Source: Bacillota bacterium (GTDB lineage Bacteria; Bacillota; Clostridia; Lachnospirales; Lachnospiraceae). From it: a stretch of DNA of 45,374 nucleotides. The stretch lies in contig JAIIAN010000001.1 in NCBI GenBank assembly GCA_022717655.1, positions 1-45,374 on the forward strand, in the 5' to 3' direction. The notes under the pieces were generated by a model that was not told the origin of the DNA, did not search any database, and saw nothing but the letters and a program-made list of their open reading frames with translations. Positions 10,037 through 18,845 of this stretch are shown piece by piece. Within the stretch, counting starts at the first letter, position 1; the number at the start of each line of letters is the position of its first letter. Made by a program: the position numbers and the translations under genes.

Positions 10037-10066
10037 ATTTTACCACAACTAACTCGAAATTGTCTA
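10037..10066 (-). promoter_or_regulatory. Putative sigma-A promoter for the cobW pair
   Basis: Minus strand TAGACA-18 nt-TAAAAT with an extended -10 TG. Confidence 0.5.
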
Positions 10067-10189
10067 GTCCATCATATAAAAAATAGCTGGTATCAAATAA
10101 TTTTTTTCTGACAATCTTTTCACTTTCTTTTTACGAAAAGTGTGTTAGAATGAGATGGAACATGTTGTTGAAAAAAGGGGATTTTTATT

Positions 10190-11227
10190 ATGTACAGTTT
10201 TCAGAATGATTACAGCGAAGGAGCACATCCAAACATTCTTCGCGCACTTGAAACCATCAACTACCACCAGAATAATTCTTACGGATTAGATGAGCACTGC
10301 GATAATGCCCGTGATAAAATCCAGGAATCACTGGAAAATTATGGAGTTGATATTCATTTTATTACCGGAGGAACGCTGACGAATCTTACGTTTCTTTCGC
10401 ATGCTCTGCGCCCTTATGAGGCAGTCATCAGTGTGGATACCGGTCATATTAATACACACGAAACCGGAGCGATTGAAGCAAGCGGACATAAAGTGCTCTC
10501 TATTCCTTGTACCGATGGAAAACTGACTGCTGACCTGATTCGTCCGGTCTTAAAACAGCACGAAAATGAGCATTGGGTAGAACCTCGTCTGGTCTATATT
10601 TCTCTCCCAACCGAACTCGGAACCGTCTACACAAAAGAAGAACTTGAGAAACTTTATCAGTTCTGCAAACGCCACAATCTGTATCTCTATATCGATGGTG
10701 CACGTCTTGCCATGGCACTTGCCGTAGAAGAGACCCAGCTGACCTTAAAAGATTTGCCGGATTTATGCGATGCCTTTTATATTGGCGGTACAAAAAACGG
10801 AGCTATGTTTGGAGAAGCACTCGTTTTAGTAAACGATGATTTAAAAGACCATTTCCGTTTTAATATGAAACAGCGTGGTGCGATTCTCGCCAAAGGCTGG
10901 ATGATTGGCGTACAGTTTGAAGAACTCTTTCAAGATAATTTATATCTCGAACTCGGAAAACGCAGTGTTGCACTTGCCCAGCGTTTAAAACAGGGATTCA
11001 TTGACTGCAAGATTCCATTTTTATGCGATTCACCTACCAATCAGCTTTTCCCTATTTTCCCGGATGAATTCGCCAAAAAGATTAATGAGAATTATGTCAC
11101 AACTTTCCAGTGCAAACCGGATGAAAACCATACCTGTCTTCGTTTCTGCACCTCCTGGGCGACAAATGAACAGGCAGTTGAAGATTTTATCAAAGATTTA
11201 AAACAGTGGTCTTATATCTATGCTTGA
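10190..11227 (+). CDS. ltaE: Low-specificity L-threonine aldolase (PLP-dependent, beta-eliminating lyase family)
   Basis: FQNDYSEGAHP, GGTLTN, GHINTHETGAIE, DGARL, GGTKNG (PLP lysine). Confidence 0.85.
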   Translation: MYSFQNDYSEGAHPNILRALETINYHQNNSYGLDEHCDNARDKIQESLENYGVDIHFITGGTLTNLTFLSHALRPYEAVISVDTGHINTHETGAIEASGHKVLSIPCTDGKLTADLIRPVLKQHENEHWVEPRLVYISLPTELGTVYTKEELEKLYQFCKRHNLYLYIDGARLAMALAVEETQLTLKDLPDLCDAFYIGGTKNGAMFGEALVLVNDDLKDHFRFNMKQRGAILAKGWMIGVQFEELFQDNLYLELGKRSVALAQRLKQGFIDCKIPFLCDSPTNQLFPIFPDEFAKKINENYVTTFQCKPDENHTCLRFCTSWATNEQAVEDFIKDLKQWSYIYA

Positions 11228-11252
11228 CAAACATTAGAATAGACGATATGAT
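11224..11252 (+). promoter_or_regulatory. Sigma-A promoter of the thiC leader
   Basis: TTGACA (11224-29, overlapping the ltaE stop)-17 nt-TATGAT (11247-52). Confidence 0.75.
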
Positions 11253-11259
11253 ATAAAGA

Positions 11260-11351
11260 AAAAGGGGAGCTGACGCGTCGGCTGAGAGGAAATGCGAACG
11301 GATTTCGACCCTAAGAACCTGATACGGATAATGCCGGCGTAGGAAGCATAT
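11260..11351 (+). ncRNA. TPP riboswitch aptamer
   Basis: GGGGAGC...GCTGAGAG...GACCC...ACCTGAT.CGGATAATGCCG.CGTAGGAA consensus, directly upstream of thiC. Confidence 0.95.
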
Positions 11352-11367
11352 TTTAGTGTGAACAGTT

Positions 11368-11399
11368 AAGGTGTACCCGTTTGGGGTGCACCTTTTTTT
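11368..11399 (+). terminator. Riboswitch expression-platform terminator
   Basis: AAGGTGTACCC-gtttg-GGGTGCACCTT followed by a T-tract. Confidence 0.85.
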
Positions 11400-11482
11400 G
11401 TTTCTTTTCTGTTTCGTTAGAAACTGCCTATTTATATGCTGAAGCAAAAGCTTATCGGATAAGCGAAAGGAGTACACACACT

Positions 11483-12790
11483 ATGAGTTACACAACACAG
11501 ATGGATGCCGCAAGGAAAGGCATCATCACAAAAGAAATGGAAATCGCAGCAAAGAAAGAAAACATGGATGTCAAAGAATTAATGGAATACATGGCAAAGG
11601 GACAGGTTATCATCCCTTGCAATAAACTCCATACTTCAATTGAACCAAATGCAATCGGTTCGATGCTGAAAACAAAAATCAACGTAAACCTTGGAATTTC
11701 CAGAGACTGGAAAGACATGGATATGGAAATCGAAAAAGTAAACAACGCAGTCAAAATGGGGGCTGAATCCATCATGGATTTAAGTTCTTACGGAGATACC
11801 CGTACCTTCCGTAAACGTCTTACCAAAGAATGTCCGGCCATGATCGGTACTGTTCCGATTTATGACGCAGTTGTTTATTATCACAAACCATTAAAAGAAA
11901 TCACTTCCAAAGAATGGATTGATATCGTGCGTATGCATGCGGAAGACGGGGTTGACTTTATGACCATCCACTGTGGTATCAATAAAGCCACCGCAGGACG
12001 TTTCAAAGCAAACCGTCGTCTTACCAACATCGTTTCCCGTGGTGGTTCTATCATTTTTGCATGGATGGAAATGACCGGTGAGGAAAACCCATTCTATGAA
12101 CATTATGATGAAATTCTTGACATTTGTCGCGAATACGACATCACTATGAGTCTTGGAGATGCCTGCCGTCCAGGATGTTTAAAAGATGCTTCTGATATCT
12201 CCCAGATTGAAGAGCTTGTTACTTTAGGCGAACTGACCGCACGTGCATGGGAAAAAGACGTACAGGTTATGGTAGAAGGACCTGGTCATATGCCAATGAA
12301 CCAGATTGCCGCAAATATGGAAATTCAGAAAACAATCTGCAAGGGTGCACCTTTCTATGTACTCGGACCTTTAGTAACGGATATCGCTCCAGGCTATGAC
12401 CATATCACAGCCGCAATCGGTGGTGCAATCGCTGCTGCTTCCGGAGCTTCCTTCCTTTGCTATGTAACTCCTGCAGAGCATCTGCGTCTGCCAAGCCTTG
12501 ATGACGTAAAAGAAGGCATCATCGCTTCTCGAATTGCAGCACATGCCGCAGATATTGCAAAAGGCGTAAAAGGTGCCATCGAATGGGATCACCAGATGAG
12601 CCTTGCAAGAAAGAAATTAGATTGGGAAGAAATGTTTGATATCTGTATTGACCCGGAAAAAGCAAGACGCTACCGCGCCGAAGCCAAACCGGAAAAAGAA
12701 GATACCTGCAGTATGTGTGGAAACTTCTGTGCTGTAAAAAACATGAACCGTATCTTAGACGGGGAAATTGTAAATATTTACGATGAATGA
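11483..12790 (+). CDS. thiC: Phosphomethylpyrimidine synthase
   Basis: [53 protein letters not shown]. Start at ATG 11483 (RBS AAAGGAG); the ORF-track extension runs through the terminator. Confidence 0.98.
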   Translation: MSYTTQMDAARKGIITKEMEIAAKKENMDVKELMEYMAKGQVIIPCNKLHTSIEPNAIGSMLKTKINVNLGISRDWKDMDMEIEKVNNAVKMGAESIMDLSSYGDTRTFRKRLTKECPAMIGTVPIYDAVVYYHKPLKEITSKEWIDIVRMHAEDGVDFMTIHCGINKATAGRFKANRRLTNIVSRGGSIIFAWMEMTGEENPFYEHYDEILDICREYDITMSLGDACRPGCLKDASDISQIEELVTLGELTARAWEKDVQVMVEGPGHMPMNQIAANMEIQKTICKGAPFYVLGPLVTDIAPGYDHITAAIGGAIAAASGASFLCYVTPAEHLRLPSLDDVKEGIIASRIAAHAADIAKGVKGAIEWDHQMSLARKKLDWEEMFDICIDPEKARRYRAEAKPEKEDTCSMCGNFCAVKNMNRILDGEIVNIYDE

Positions 12791-12816
12791 TACTACAACT
12801 GATAAGATAAAATGAC

Positions 12817-12857
12817 AAAAATGGAGTTTTTGGCTCAAACCAAAAACTCCATTTTTT
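12817..12857. terminator. Perfect 17-bp hairpin terminating thiC and overlapping the 3' end of the DUF488 gene
   Basis: AAAAATGGAGTTTTTGG-ctcaaa-CCAAAAACTCCATTTTT. Confidence 0.85.
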
Positions 12858-13260
12858 CAAAATATTTGATATACTCTGCTTTCGTTTCTATTTTTGCTCC
12901 CATTCCAAGCAATATTCCCGCTATAATGCTTCTATGACAAAGCGCTTCTTTCTCACAGTAACATCCCAGTATGATATTTTTTTCTCTGCTTTTTTCACAC
13001 AACCATCCAAGCTTCTCTAGCGCACTTTGATTTTTTACAAGGTCGTCTAAAAAACCAGGTACATAAACGGTTTGAAAATATTCTTCATCAAAGATTCCAA
13101 GGTGGAATGCCTTTCTGTATGCTTTAAATACTTCCTTTGAAGGACTCAGTTCCTGCACCAGCTTTTCTGTTGTGGGAGTTGAGTCTGGGGAACGGACAAT
13201 CCACCAGACTTCATCATATTTTGTTTCATCAATTTTGGGGATACATCCGGTGTAAATCAT
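12835..13260 (-). CDS. DUF488-family protein
   Basis: MIYT start, IVRS, ELSPSKE, IILGCYC...CHRSII signature; RBS AGAGGTG. Confidence 0.7.
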   Translation of the reverse strand: MIYTGCIPKIDETKYDEVWWIVRSPDSTPTTEKLVQELSPSKEVFKAYRKAFHLGIFDEEYFQTVYVPGFLDDLVKNQSALEKLGWLCEKSREKNIILGCYCEKEALCHRSIIAGILLGMGAKIETKAEYIKYFEKMEFLV

Positions 13261-13402
13261 GATGGTTCACCTCTTTTCTCTTTCTTTTCCACCTTATCCT
13301 TGATGGTTAGCGAAAAAGTTTATATTGATTTTTCTATTATTCTAACATATGATGATTATAGCTAAGGAAATTGGTGAGTTTCCAATAGGCAAAACAAAAA
13401 CC

Positions 13403-13431
13403 CTCAGAGTTGCCCCTCTGAGTTTTTTTTT
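13403..13431 (+). terminator. Orphan hairpin with a long T-tract
   Basis: CTCAGAG-ttgccc-CTCTGAG-TTTTTTTTT, located in a divergent intergenic region with no annotated gene ending at it. Confidence 0.65.
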
Positions 13432-13566
13432 GTAGTATACCATAAGCTTTTATACTAATAAAGAATTGATTTATATCCTCATTCCACCTGATTCTAATAT
13501 GGACTTATCATATCACAATATGCTAAGATTAATATTATATTTCTTGGCTCGAAAGGAGGTCTTCCA

Positions 13567-15240
13567 ATGCATACATTCCATCTTCCAGTCGGAATTTCTG
13601 ATTTTGCAGAAATTCGGGAAAATCATTTTTACTATGTCGATAAATCGTTGCTAGTGGAACAGCTATTAAAAACAACTGGCACAAAAGTGACTTTAATTAC
13701 ACGCCCTAGACGTTTTGGAAAAACAATCGGAATGAGCATGTTAGCAAATTTTTTTGACATAAGAAAAGAGAGCAGCAAGTTATTTGAAGGACTAAACATC
13801 ACGCAAAATCAGACGTTATGCAAAAAATGGATGAATCAATGGCCAACTATCTTCTTTTCTTTAAAAGATATCGACGGTTTGACATTTGAGAGTGCCTATA
13901 ATCAGCTTCTAATTCAAATCTCAGACCTCTACAAAGAACACACTTACCTGCTAGACTGTGAAGAAATTGACAGCGATGATAAAAAAATTTTTCTTAAATT
14001 AAAGGCAACTGAAGCAAATGAGGCACAGGTAAGCCGCGCTTTAAGCACTTTAATGCGTATGCTAAATATCTATTATAAAAAACCTGTTATCCTCCTTTTA
14101 GACGAATACGATGTTCCTATTGCAAAAGCAAGCACTCATGGTTACTATGATAAAATGCTTGAGGTAATGAAACTGATGATGAGCACTGCTTTAAAAGATA
14201 ATAGTACCCTTCATTTTGCCGTCATTACCGGATGTTTAAAAATTGCCAAAGAAAGTATTTTTACAGGAACCAATAATTTTGTTTCCGATACAATCACAGA
14301 TTCCAGATTGAACGAATATTTTGGTTTTACTCAAGAAGAAGTCAATACTTTGTTAAAAGCCGCAAATGCAACAACCCATTCCGAAGAAATAAAACACTGG
14401 TATGATGGTTATCATTTCGGGAATGTTGACGTTTACTGTCCGTGGGATGTAATGAATTATCTACGTGACCTTCAATTAAATCCAAATGCAAAGCCTGAAA
14501 GTTATTGGAATAATACCAGTGATAATTCCATCATCCGTTCTTTTATTGATTATGCCGGAAGTAATATTACAAAAAAACTAGAGACTCTACTTTCCGGAAA
14601 TTCTATTTCTCAACAGATTGATGAAAACCTCACTTACGATTATCTACATTCTTCTGAAGAAAATTTATGGAGTATTTTGTATCTAACAGGTTATCTGACA
14701 AGCTCAAAAACCGACTCTCTTTCTGTCTCTGGCAGTAATGAAATTTCTACATTAAAAATTCCAAATGCAGAAATAAAGGAAATTTTTGAGACAACTATTA
14801 TGAAATGGTTTAGCGATAATGCAAAAGTCTGGAATCGAAAAGCATTATTTGATGCAGTCTGGAACGGAGACAGCCTTTCTTTAACAGAAGAAATGAGCAA
14901 ACTTCTAAGAAGAACCATCAGTTATCATGATTACAAAGAAGATTTTTATCATGCCTTTCTTGCCGGTATCTTCACTGGTGCAGGGTACATGGTGGAATCT
15001 AATCGGGAACACGGTGAAGGACGAAGTGATGTGGTTGTTTATGATTCTTTGAATGGAAAGGTTGCAATCTTTGAAGCTAAATATTCTGAAAAATTAAAAG
15101 ATATGGAAAATGACTGTAATCGTGCACTTCGTCAGATAAATACCCGAATGTACGCAGAAGAATATGAAGATGACTACGACCAGATTCTTTGTTATGGTAT
15201 TTCATTTTTTAAAAAACGGTGTCTAGTTAAAATACAGTAA
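13567..15240 (+). CDS. AAA-ATPase-like protein with a C-terminal PD-(D/E)XK nuclease domain (DUF1703/PDDEXK_9 type)
   Basis: LPVGISDF, YVDKS, TRPRRFGKT (Walker A), LLDEYDVP (Walker B), WYDGY, SNREHGEGRSD...IFEAK; RBS AAAGGAGG. Confidence 0.88.
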   Translation: MHTFHLPVGISDFAEIRENHFYYVDKSLLVEQLLKTTGTKVTLITRPRRFGKTIGMSMLANFFDIRKESSKLFEGLNITQNQTLCKKWMNQWPTIFFSLKDIDGLTFESAYNQLLIQISDLYKEHTYLLDCEEIDSDDKKIFLKLKATEANEAQVSRALSTLMRMLNIYYKKPVILLLDEYDVPIAKASTHGYYDKMLEVMKLMMSTALKDNSTLHFAVITGCLKIAKESIFTGTNNFVSDTITDSRLNEYFGFTQEEVNTLLKAANATTHSEEIKHWYDGYHFGNVDVYCPWDVMNYLRDLQLNPNAKPESYWNNTSDNSIIRSFIDYAGSNITKKLETLLSGNSISQQIDENLTYDYLHSSEENLWSILYLTGYLTSSKTDSLSVSGSNEISTLKIPNAEIKEIFETTIMKWFSDNAKVWNRKALFDAVWNGDSLSLTEEMSKLLRRTISYHDYKEDFYHAFLAGIFTGAGYMVESNREHGEGRSDVVVYDSLNGKVAIFEAKYSEKLKDMENDCNRALRQINTRMYAEEYEDDYDQILCYGISFFKKRCLVKIQ

Positions 15241-15249
15241 TTTCCTAAT

Positions 15250-15291
15250 AAAAAACGGAGTTTTCAGACCCCAAAAGTCCAAAAACTCCGT
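15250..15291 (-). terminator. Intrinsic terminator for glgB, convergent with the AAA-ATPase gene
   Basis: Minus strand ACGGAGTTTT...AAAACTCCGT followed by a T-tract. Confidence 0.8.
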
Positions 15292-15298
15292 CCTCTAA

Positions 15299-17209
15299 TT
15301 AATATGTAAATACAGCAACTCCATAAGCCGGTAATGGATATGCGAAAGAAAATGCTCTTCCATCACATTCTTTTTTCTGTGCCATATAAACGGTTTTCTC
15401 TACCGGCACATCTCCACCAAATTTCGGATCTTTGCTGTTTAATACCAGACGGTACTGTTTCTTTTTCGGAACACCGACACGATAATCATCCCTCGCTACC
15501 GGTGTACAGTTAATGACAAACAACAGATTATTTCTTCCTGTCGGTGATTTTCTGATAAAGCTGTAAATGCTTCTGTAAGCATCATCCGCATTAATCCACT
15601 CAAATGCACCTTCTGTGTGGTCTGTTGCATAAAGTGCCGGATATTTCTTATACATTTTCAGCAGTTCTTTCACATAATCTCTTAGCTCACGATGGCTGGA
15701 CTCTGCTGTTAAATACCAGTCGAGTTCTCTTGCTTCGCTCCATTCCTGATACTGTCCAAATTCCTGACCCATAAAAAGCAGTTTTTTACCCGGATGTCCA
15801 AGCATATAAGAATAACCAACTTTTAAGTTTTCGATTTTATCCTGTCCAAGTCCCGGCATTTTATTAATCATGGAACATTTTAAATGAACCACTTCATCGT
15901 GTGATAAGACAAGCACATAATTTTCGCTGTATGCATAAGTCAGAGAGAACGTCATTTTATGATGATTAAACTGACGGAAATACGGGTCGAGTTTCATATA
16001 CTCAAGAAAATCATGCATCCATCCCATGTTCCACTTTAAGCTGAATCCTAAACCGCCTTCTTCCGGATGTGCCGTTACTTTCGGCCATGCCGTGGACTCT
16101 TCGGCAATCATAACCGTTCCTTTGTTTCTTCCAAGTACGACTGTATTTAAATGTTTGAAAAATTCAATCGCTTCTAAGTTTTTATTTTCTCCGTATTTAT
16201 TCGGAACCCACTGTCCGTTTTCTCTTCCGTAATCCAGATACAACATGGAAGCGACTGCATCTACACGAAGTCCGTCAATGTGATACTGTTCCATCCAGAA
16301 CAGCGCATTTGCAATCAGGAAATTCTTTACTTCATTTTTTTCATAATCAAATACTTTTGTTCCCCAGTCCGGATGTTCACCCTTTCTCGGGTCTGCATAT
16401 TCATAAGTCGGTGTACCGTCAAAATCAGCCAGTCCATGGGCATCTTTTGGGAAATGCGCCGGTACCCAGTCTAAGATGACACCGATTTTATTTTTATGCA
16501 TGTAATTGACAAAATACTGGAAATCATCCGGTGTGCCGTGTCTGGAAGTCGGTGCATAATAACCAGTTACCTGATAGCCCCAAGAACCATCAAATGGATG
16601 TTCTGCGATTCCCATTAATTCTACATGGGTATAACCCATATCTTTTACATATTCTGCCAGAGAATGTGCAAGTTCTCTGTAATTATAGAATCCATCCTCA
16701 TCACGTTCATTCTGCGGATGTTTTCTCCATGAACCCGGATGTACTTCATAAATGGACATTGCATCTTTATTGACATCATAGTTCTGACGATTTTTCATCC
16801 ATACAGAATCATTCCATTTAAAGTTTGTGATATCATAAACGCGGGAAGCATTTCCTGGACGTTTTTCTGCATAATTTGCATAAGGGTCAGCCTTATAAAG
16901 CAGTTCTCCCGATGGTGATGTGATACAGAATTTATATAAGTCTCCAGATTTGACTCCTGGTATGAAAAGCTGATAAATTCCCATGTCATTATCACATTTC
17001 ATAATGTTTTTCTCTGGGTCCCATCCATTAAAATCTCCAACTACCGCTACTTCCTGTGCACGAGGAGCCCATACTGCGAAATAAACACCGTCTTTTCCTT
17101 TCTGTTTTGTCGGATGTGCTCCCATGAGTTTATAAATCTCATAATGTGTTCCCTGACCGAACAGATAACGGTCCATTTCCGTAATCTTTAAAGTTTGATT
17201 TTTCGCCAT
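15299..17209 (-). CDS. glgB: 1,4-alpha-glucan branching enzyme (GH13)
   Basis: FAVWAP, IYEVHPGSW, SWGYQ, DWVPAHFP, GLRVDAVASMLY, IAEEST, LSHDEVVH. Confidence 0.97.
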   Translation of the reverse strand: MAKNQTLKITEMDRYLFGQGTHYEIYKLMGAHPTKQKGKDGVYFAVWAPRAQEVAVVGDFNGWDPEKNIMKCDNDMGIYQLFIPGVKSGDLYKFCITSPSGELLYKADPYANYAEKRPGNASRVYDITNFKWNDSVWMKNRQNYDVNKDAMSIYEVHPGSWRKHPQNERDEDGFYNYRELAHSLAEYVKDMGYTHVELMGIAEHPFDGSWGYQVTGYYAPTSRHGTPDDFQYFVNYMHKNKIGVILDWVPAHFPKDAHGLADFDGTPTYEYADPRKGEHPDWGTKVFDYEKNEVKNFLIANALFWMEQYHIDGLRVDAVASMLYLDYGRENGQWVPNKYGENKNLEAIEFFKHLNTVVLGRNKGTVMIAEESTAWPKVTAHPEEGGLGFSLKWNMGWMHDFLEYMKLDPYFRQFNHHKMTFSLTYAYSENYVLVLSHDEVVHLKCSMINKMPGLGQDKIENLKVGYSYMLGHPGKKLLFMGQEFGQYQEWSEARELDWYLTAESSHRELRDYVKELLKMYKKYPALYATDHTEGAFEWINADDAYRSIYSFIRKSPTGRNNLLFVINCTPVARDDYRVGVPKKKQYRLVLNSKDPKFGGDVPVEKTVYMAQKKECDGRAFSFAYPLPAYGVAVFTY

Positions 17210-17291
17210 AAGCTTTCCCCTTCTTTAAACTGATAATTTTCTATCATTTATATTTTTATTTTTTCTTTTTCTGTCAAACCCCGCAGCCATT

Positions 17292-17873
17292 TCAGGTATA
17301 AATCCCATGTAAAAACTGATGCACAATCTCATACGTTGTCTCATTCGAAATGTGAAACGTCTCGCCTTCTTTCAGACTGTAATTTACAGTCAGAATGTGG
17401 TGATTTAATACACCGGTAAATCCAACCGCAAATAATTCCTGACGTCCTCTCATATTTCCAAGCTGTCCTGCCGCATCTTCAAAAATTTTAACCATCATTC
17501 TATAATGCCGCTCAATCAAGGGTGCAACCACCTGATAAGCTTCATTTTCTCTTCCCAGATAAAAAAGAGACAGCATGAATAAATAGAATTTCTGATGCTT
17601 GCTACAATAATCAAAAAATGTGCGCGCAACACGATAAAGCACGTCTTTTAAATCTCCGCTTTTATTAATTGCGTCCAGGATTTCATCCTCTAACTGCTGA
17701 TATCCACTCTGTAGCAGATTTTCAAGCAGTCCCCGTTTGCTTCCAAAATAGTAATACAACGTTGGTTTGGTAATCCCTGCAGTGTTTACAATTTCCTGTA
17801 CTCCAACTGCGTCATATCCTCTTGCATAAAAGAGGTCCAACGCTGACTTTTTTATCAATTCTTTATTATCCAT
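17292..17873 (-). CDS. TetR/AcrR-family transcriptional regulator
   Basis: ALDLFYARGYDAVGVQEIVNTAGITKPTLYYYFGSK HTH; start at ATG 17873 (RBS GGAGG). Confidence 0.92.
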   Translation of the reverse strand: MDNKELIKKSALDLFYARGYDAVGVQEIVNTAGITKPTLYYYFGSKRGLLENLLQSGYQQLEDEILDAINKSGDLKDVLYRVARTFFDYCSKHQKFYLFMLSLFYLGRENEAYQVVAPLIERHYRMMVKIFEDAAGQLGNMRGRQELFAVGFTGVLNHHILTVNYSLKEGETFHISNETTYEIVHQFLHGIYT

Positions 17874-17913
17874 AAACTGCCCTCCGGCTGTCTGCATGTC
17901 TTTGTTGTACTCT

Positions 17914-17942
17914 ATTATACCAATCGGTATATTAAAAAGCAA
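17914..17942 (-). promoter_or_regulatory. Sigma-A promoter of tetR with an overlapping palindromic operator
   Basis: TTGCTT-17 nt-TATAAT on the minus strand; palindrome TATACC-aatc-GGTATA at 17916-17931. Confidence 0.75.
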
Positions 17943-17975
17943 TGCTTATTTTTCTCTGTTTTTTCTAATTTTCCT

Positions 17976-18743
17976 TTATTTTATGCTAAATAATTCCTGT
18001 GCATTTTTTTTCGTTGTCTCAACAACCTCTTCATAAGAAACTTTTTTGATTCTCGCAATTTCCTCTGCTACATAATTTAAGTACAACGAACAGTTGCGTT
18101 TTCCACGATACGGTTCTGGCGTCAGATAAGGGGAATCTGTCTCAAGCAGTAAATAGTCAAGCGGTGCGTACTCTACCACTTCTTTTAATTTCTTTGCATT
18201 TTTAAATGTGACAACACCGCCGATTCCAAGATAGTATCCCATATTCATGTATTCTTTCGCATGCTCCAAAGAATAAGAATAACAGTGAATCACTCCTCTT
18301 AAATAATCCGCCCGCTCTGCCTTCATCAAATCCATGGTATCTTTTGCTGCATTTCTACTGTGCACAATAATTGGCAGACTCATCTCTTTTGCCAAATCCA
18401 TCTGACGCACAAACCATTTTTTCTGAATCTCATGGCTTTCTTTTTCCCAGTAATAATCCAGGCCGATTTCACCGACAGCAACTGTCTTTTCTTTTTCACA
18501 AAGCTTACGCATCCACGCAATTTTTTCTTCATCCAAATCACCGACTTCATCTGGATGAACACCGATTGCGCCATAGACAAATGGATAGCGTTCCATCAAA
18601 GTTACCGTTTCTCTTACCCCTCTAAGACTCGCCCCTACATTAATAATGGTATCGATTCCATGTTCATGCATCGTCCAAATCAGACTGTCCCTGTCCTTAT
18701 CAAACGCCTCGTCGTCATAGTGTGCATGTGTTTCAAATATCAT
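17976..18743 (-). CDS. tatD: TatD-family deoxyribonuclease
   Basis: ETHAH, GVHP, AVGEIGLDY, HSR, HCYS, ETDSPYL; follows metG; start at ATG 18743 (RBS AAAGGAG). Confidence 0.93.
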   Translation of the reverse strand: MIFETHAHYDDEAFDKDRDSLIWTMHEHGIDTIINVGASLRGVRETVTLMERYPFVYGAIGVHPDEVGDLDEEKIAWMRKLCEKEKTVAVGEIGLDYYWEKESHEIQKKWFVRQMDLAKEMSLPIIVHSRNAAKDTMDLMKAERADYLRGVIHCYSYSLEHAKEYMNMGYYLGIGGVVTFKNAKKLKEVVEYAPLDYLLLETDSPYLTPEPYRGKRNCSLYLNYVAEEIARIKKVSYEEVVETTKKNAQELFSIK

Positions 18744-18845
18744 GTGTTTCTCCTTTTTGGGAAAAGACCCCCATAGTCCGATTTTCATCTTATCTATGGA
18801 GGTCTGTTGTAGTTTACCTTTTAGAAAGTTTTCTCTTTCTGTCTT

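Noticed and set aside
18765..18804. Hairpin AGACCcCCATAG/CTATGGaGGTCT between metG and tatD as a novel RNA
   Set aside because: Adequately explained as an ordinary partial terminator or stabiliser.
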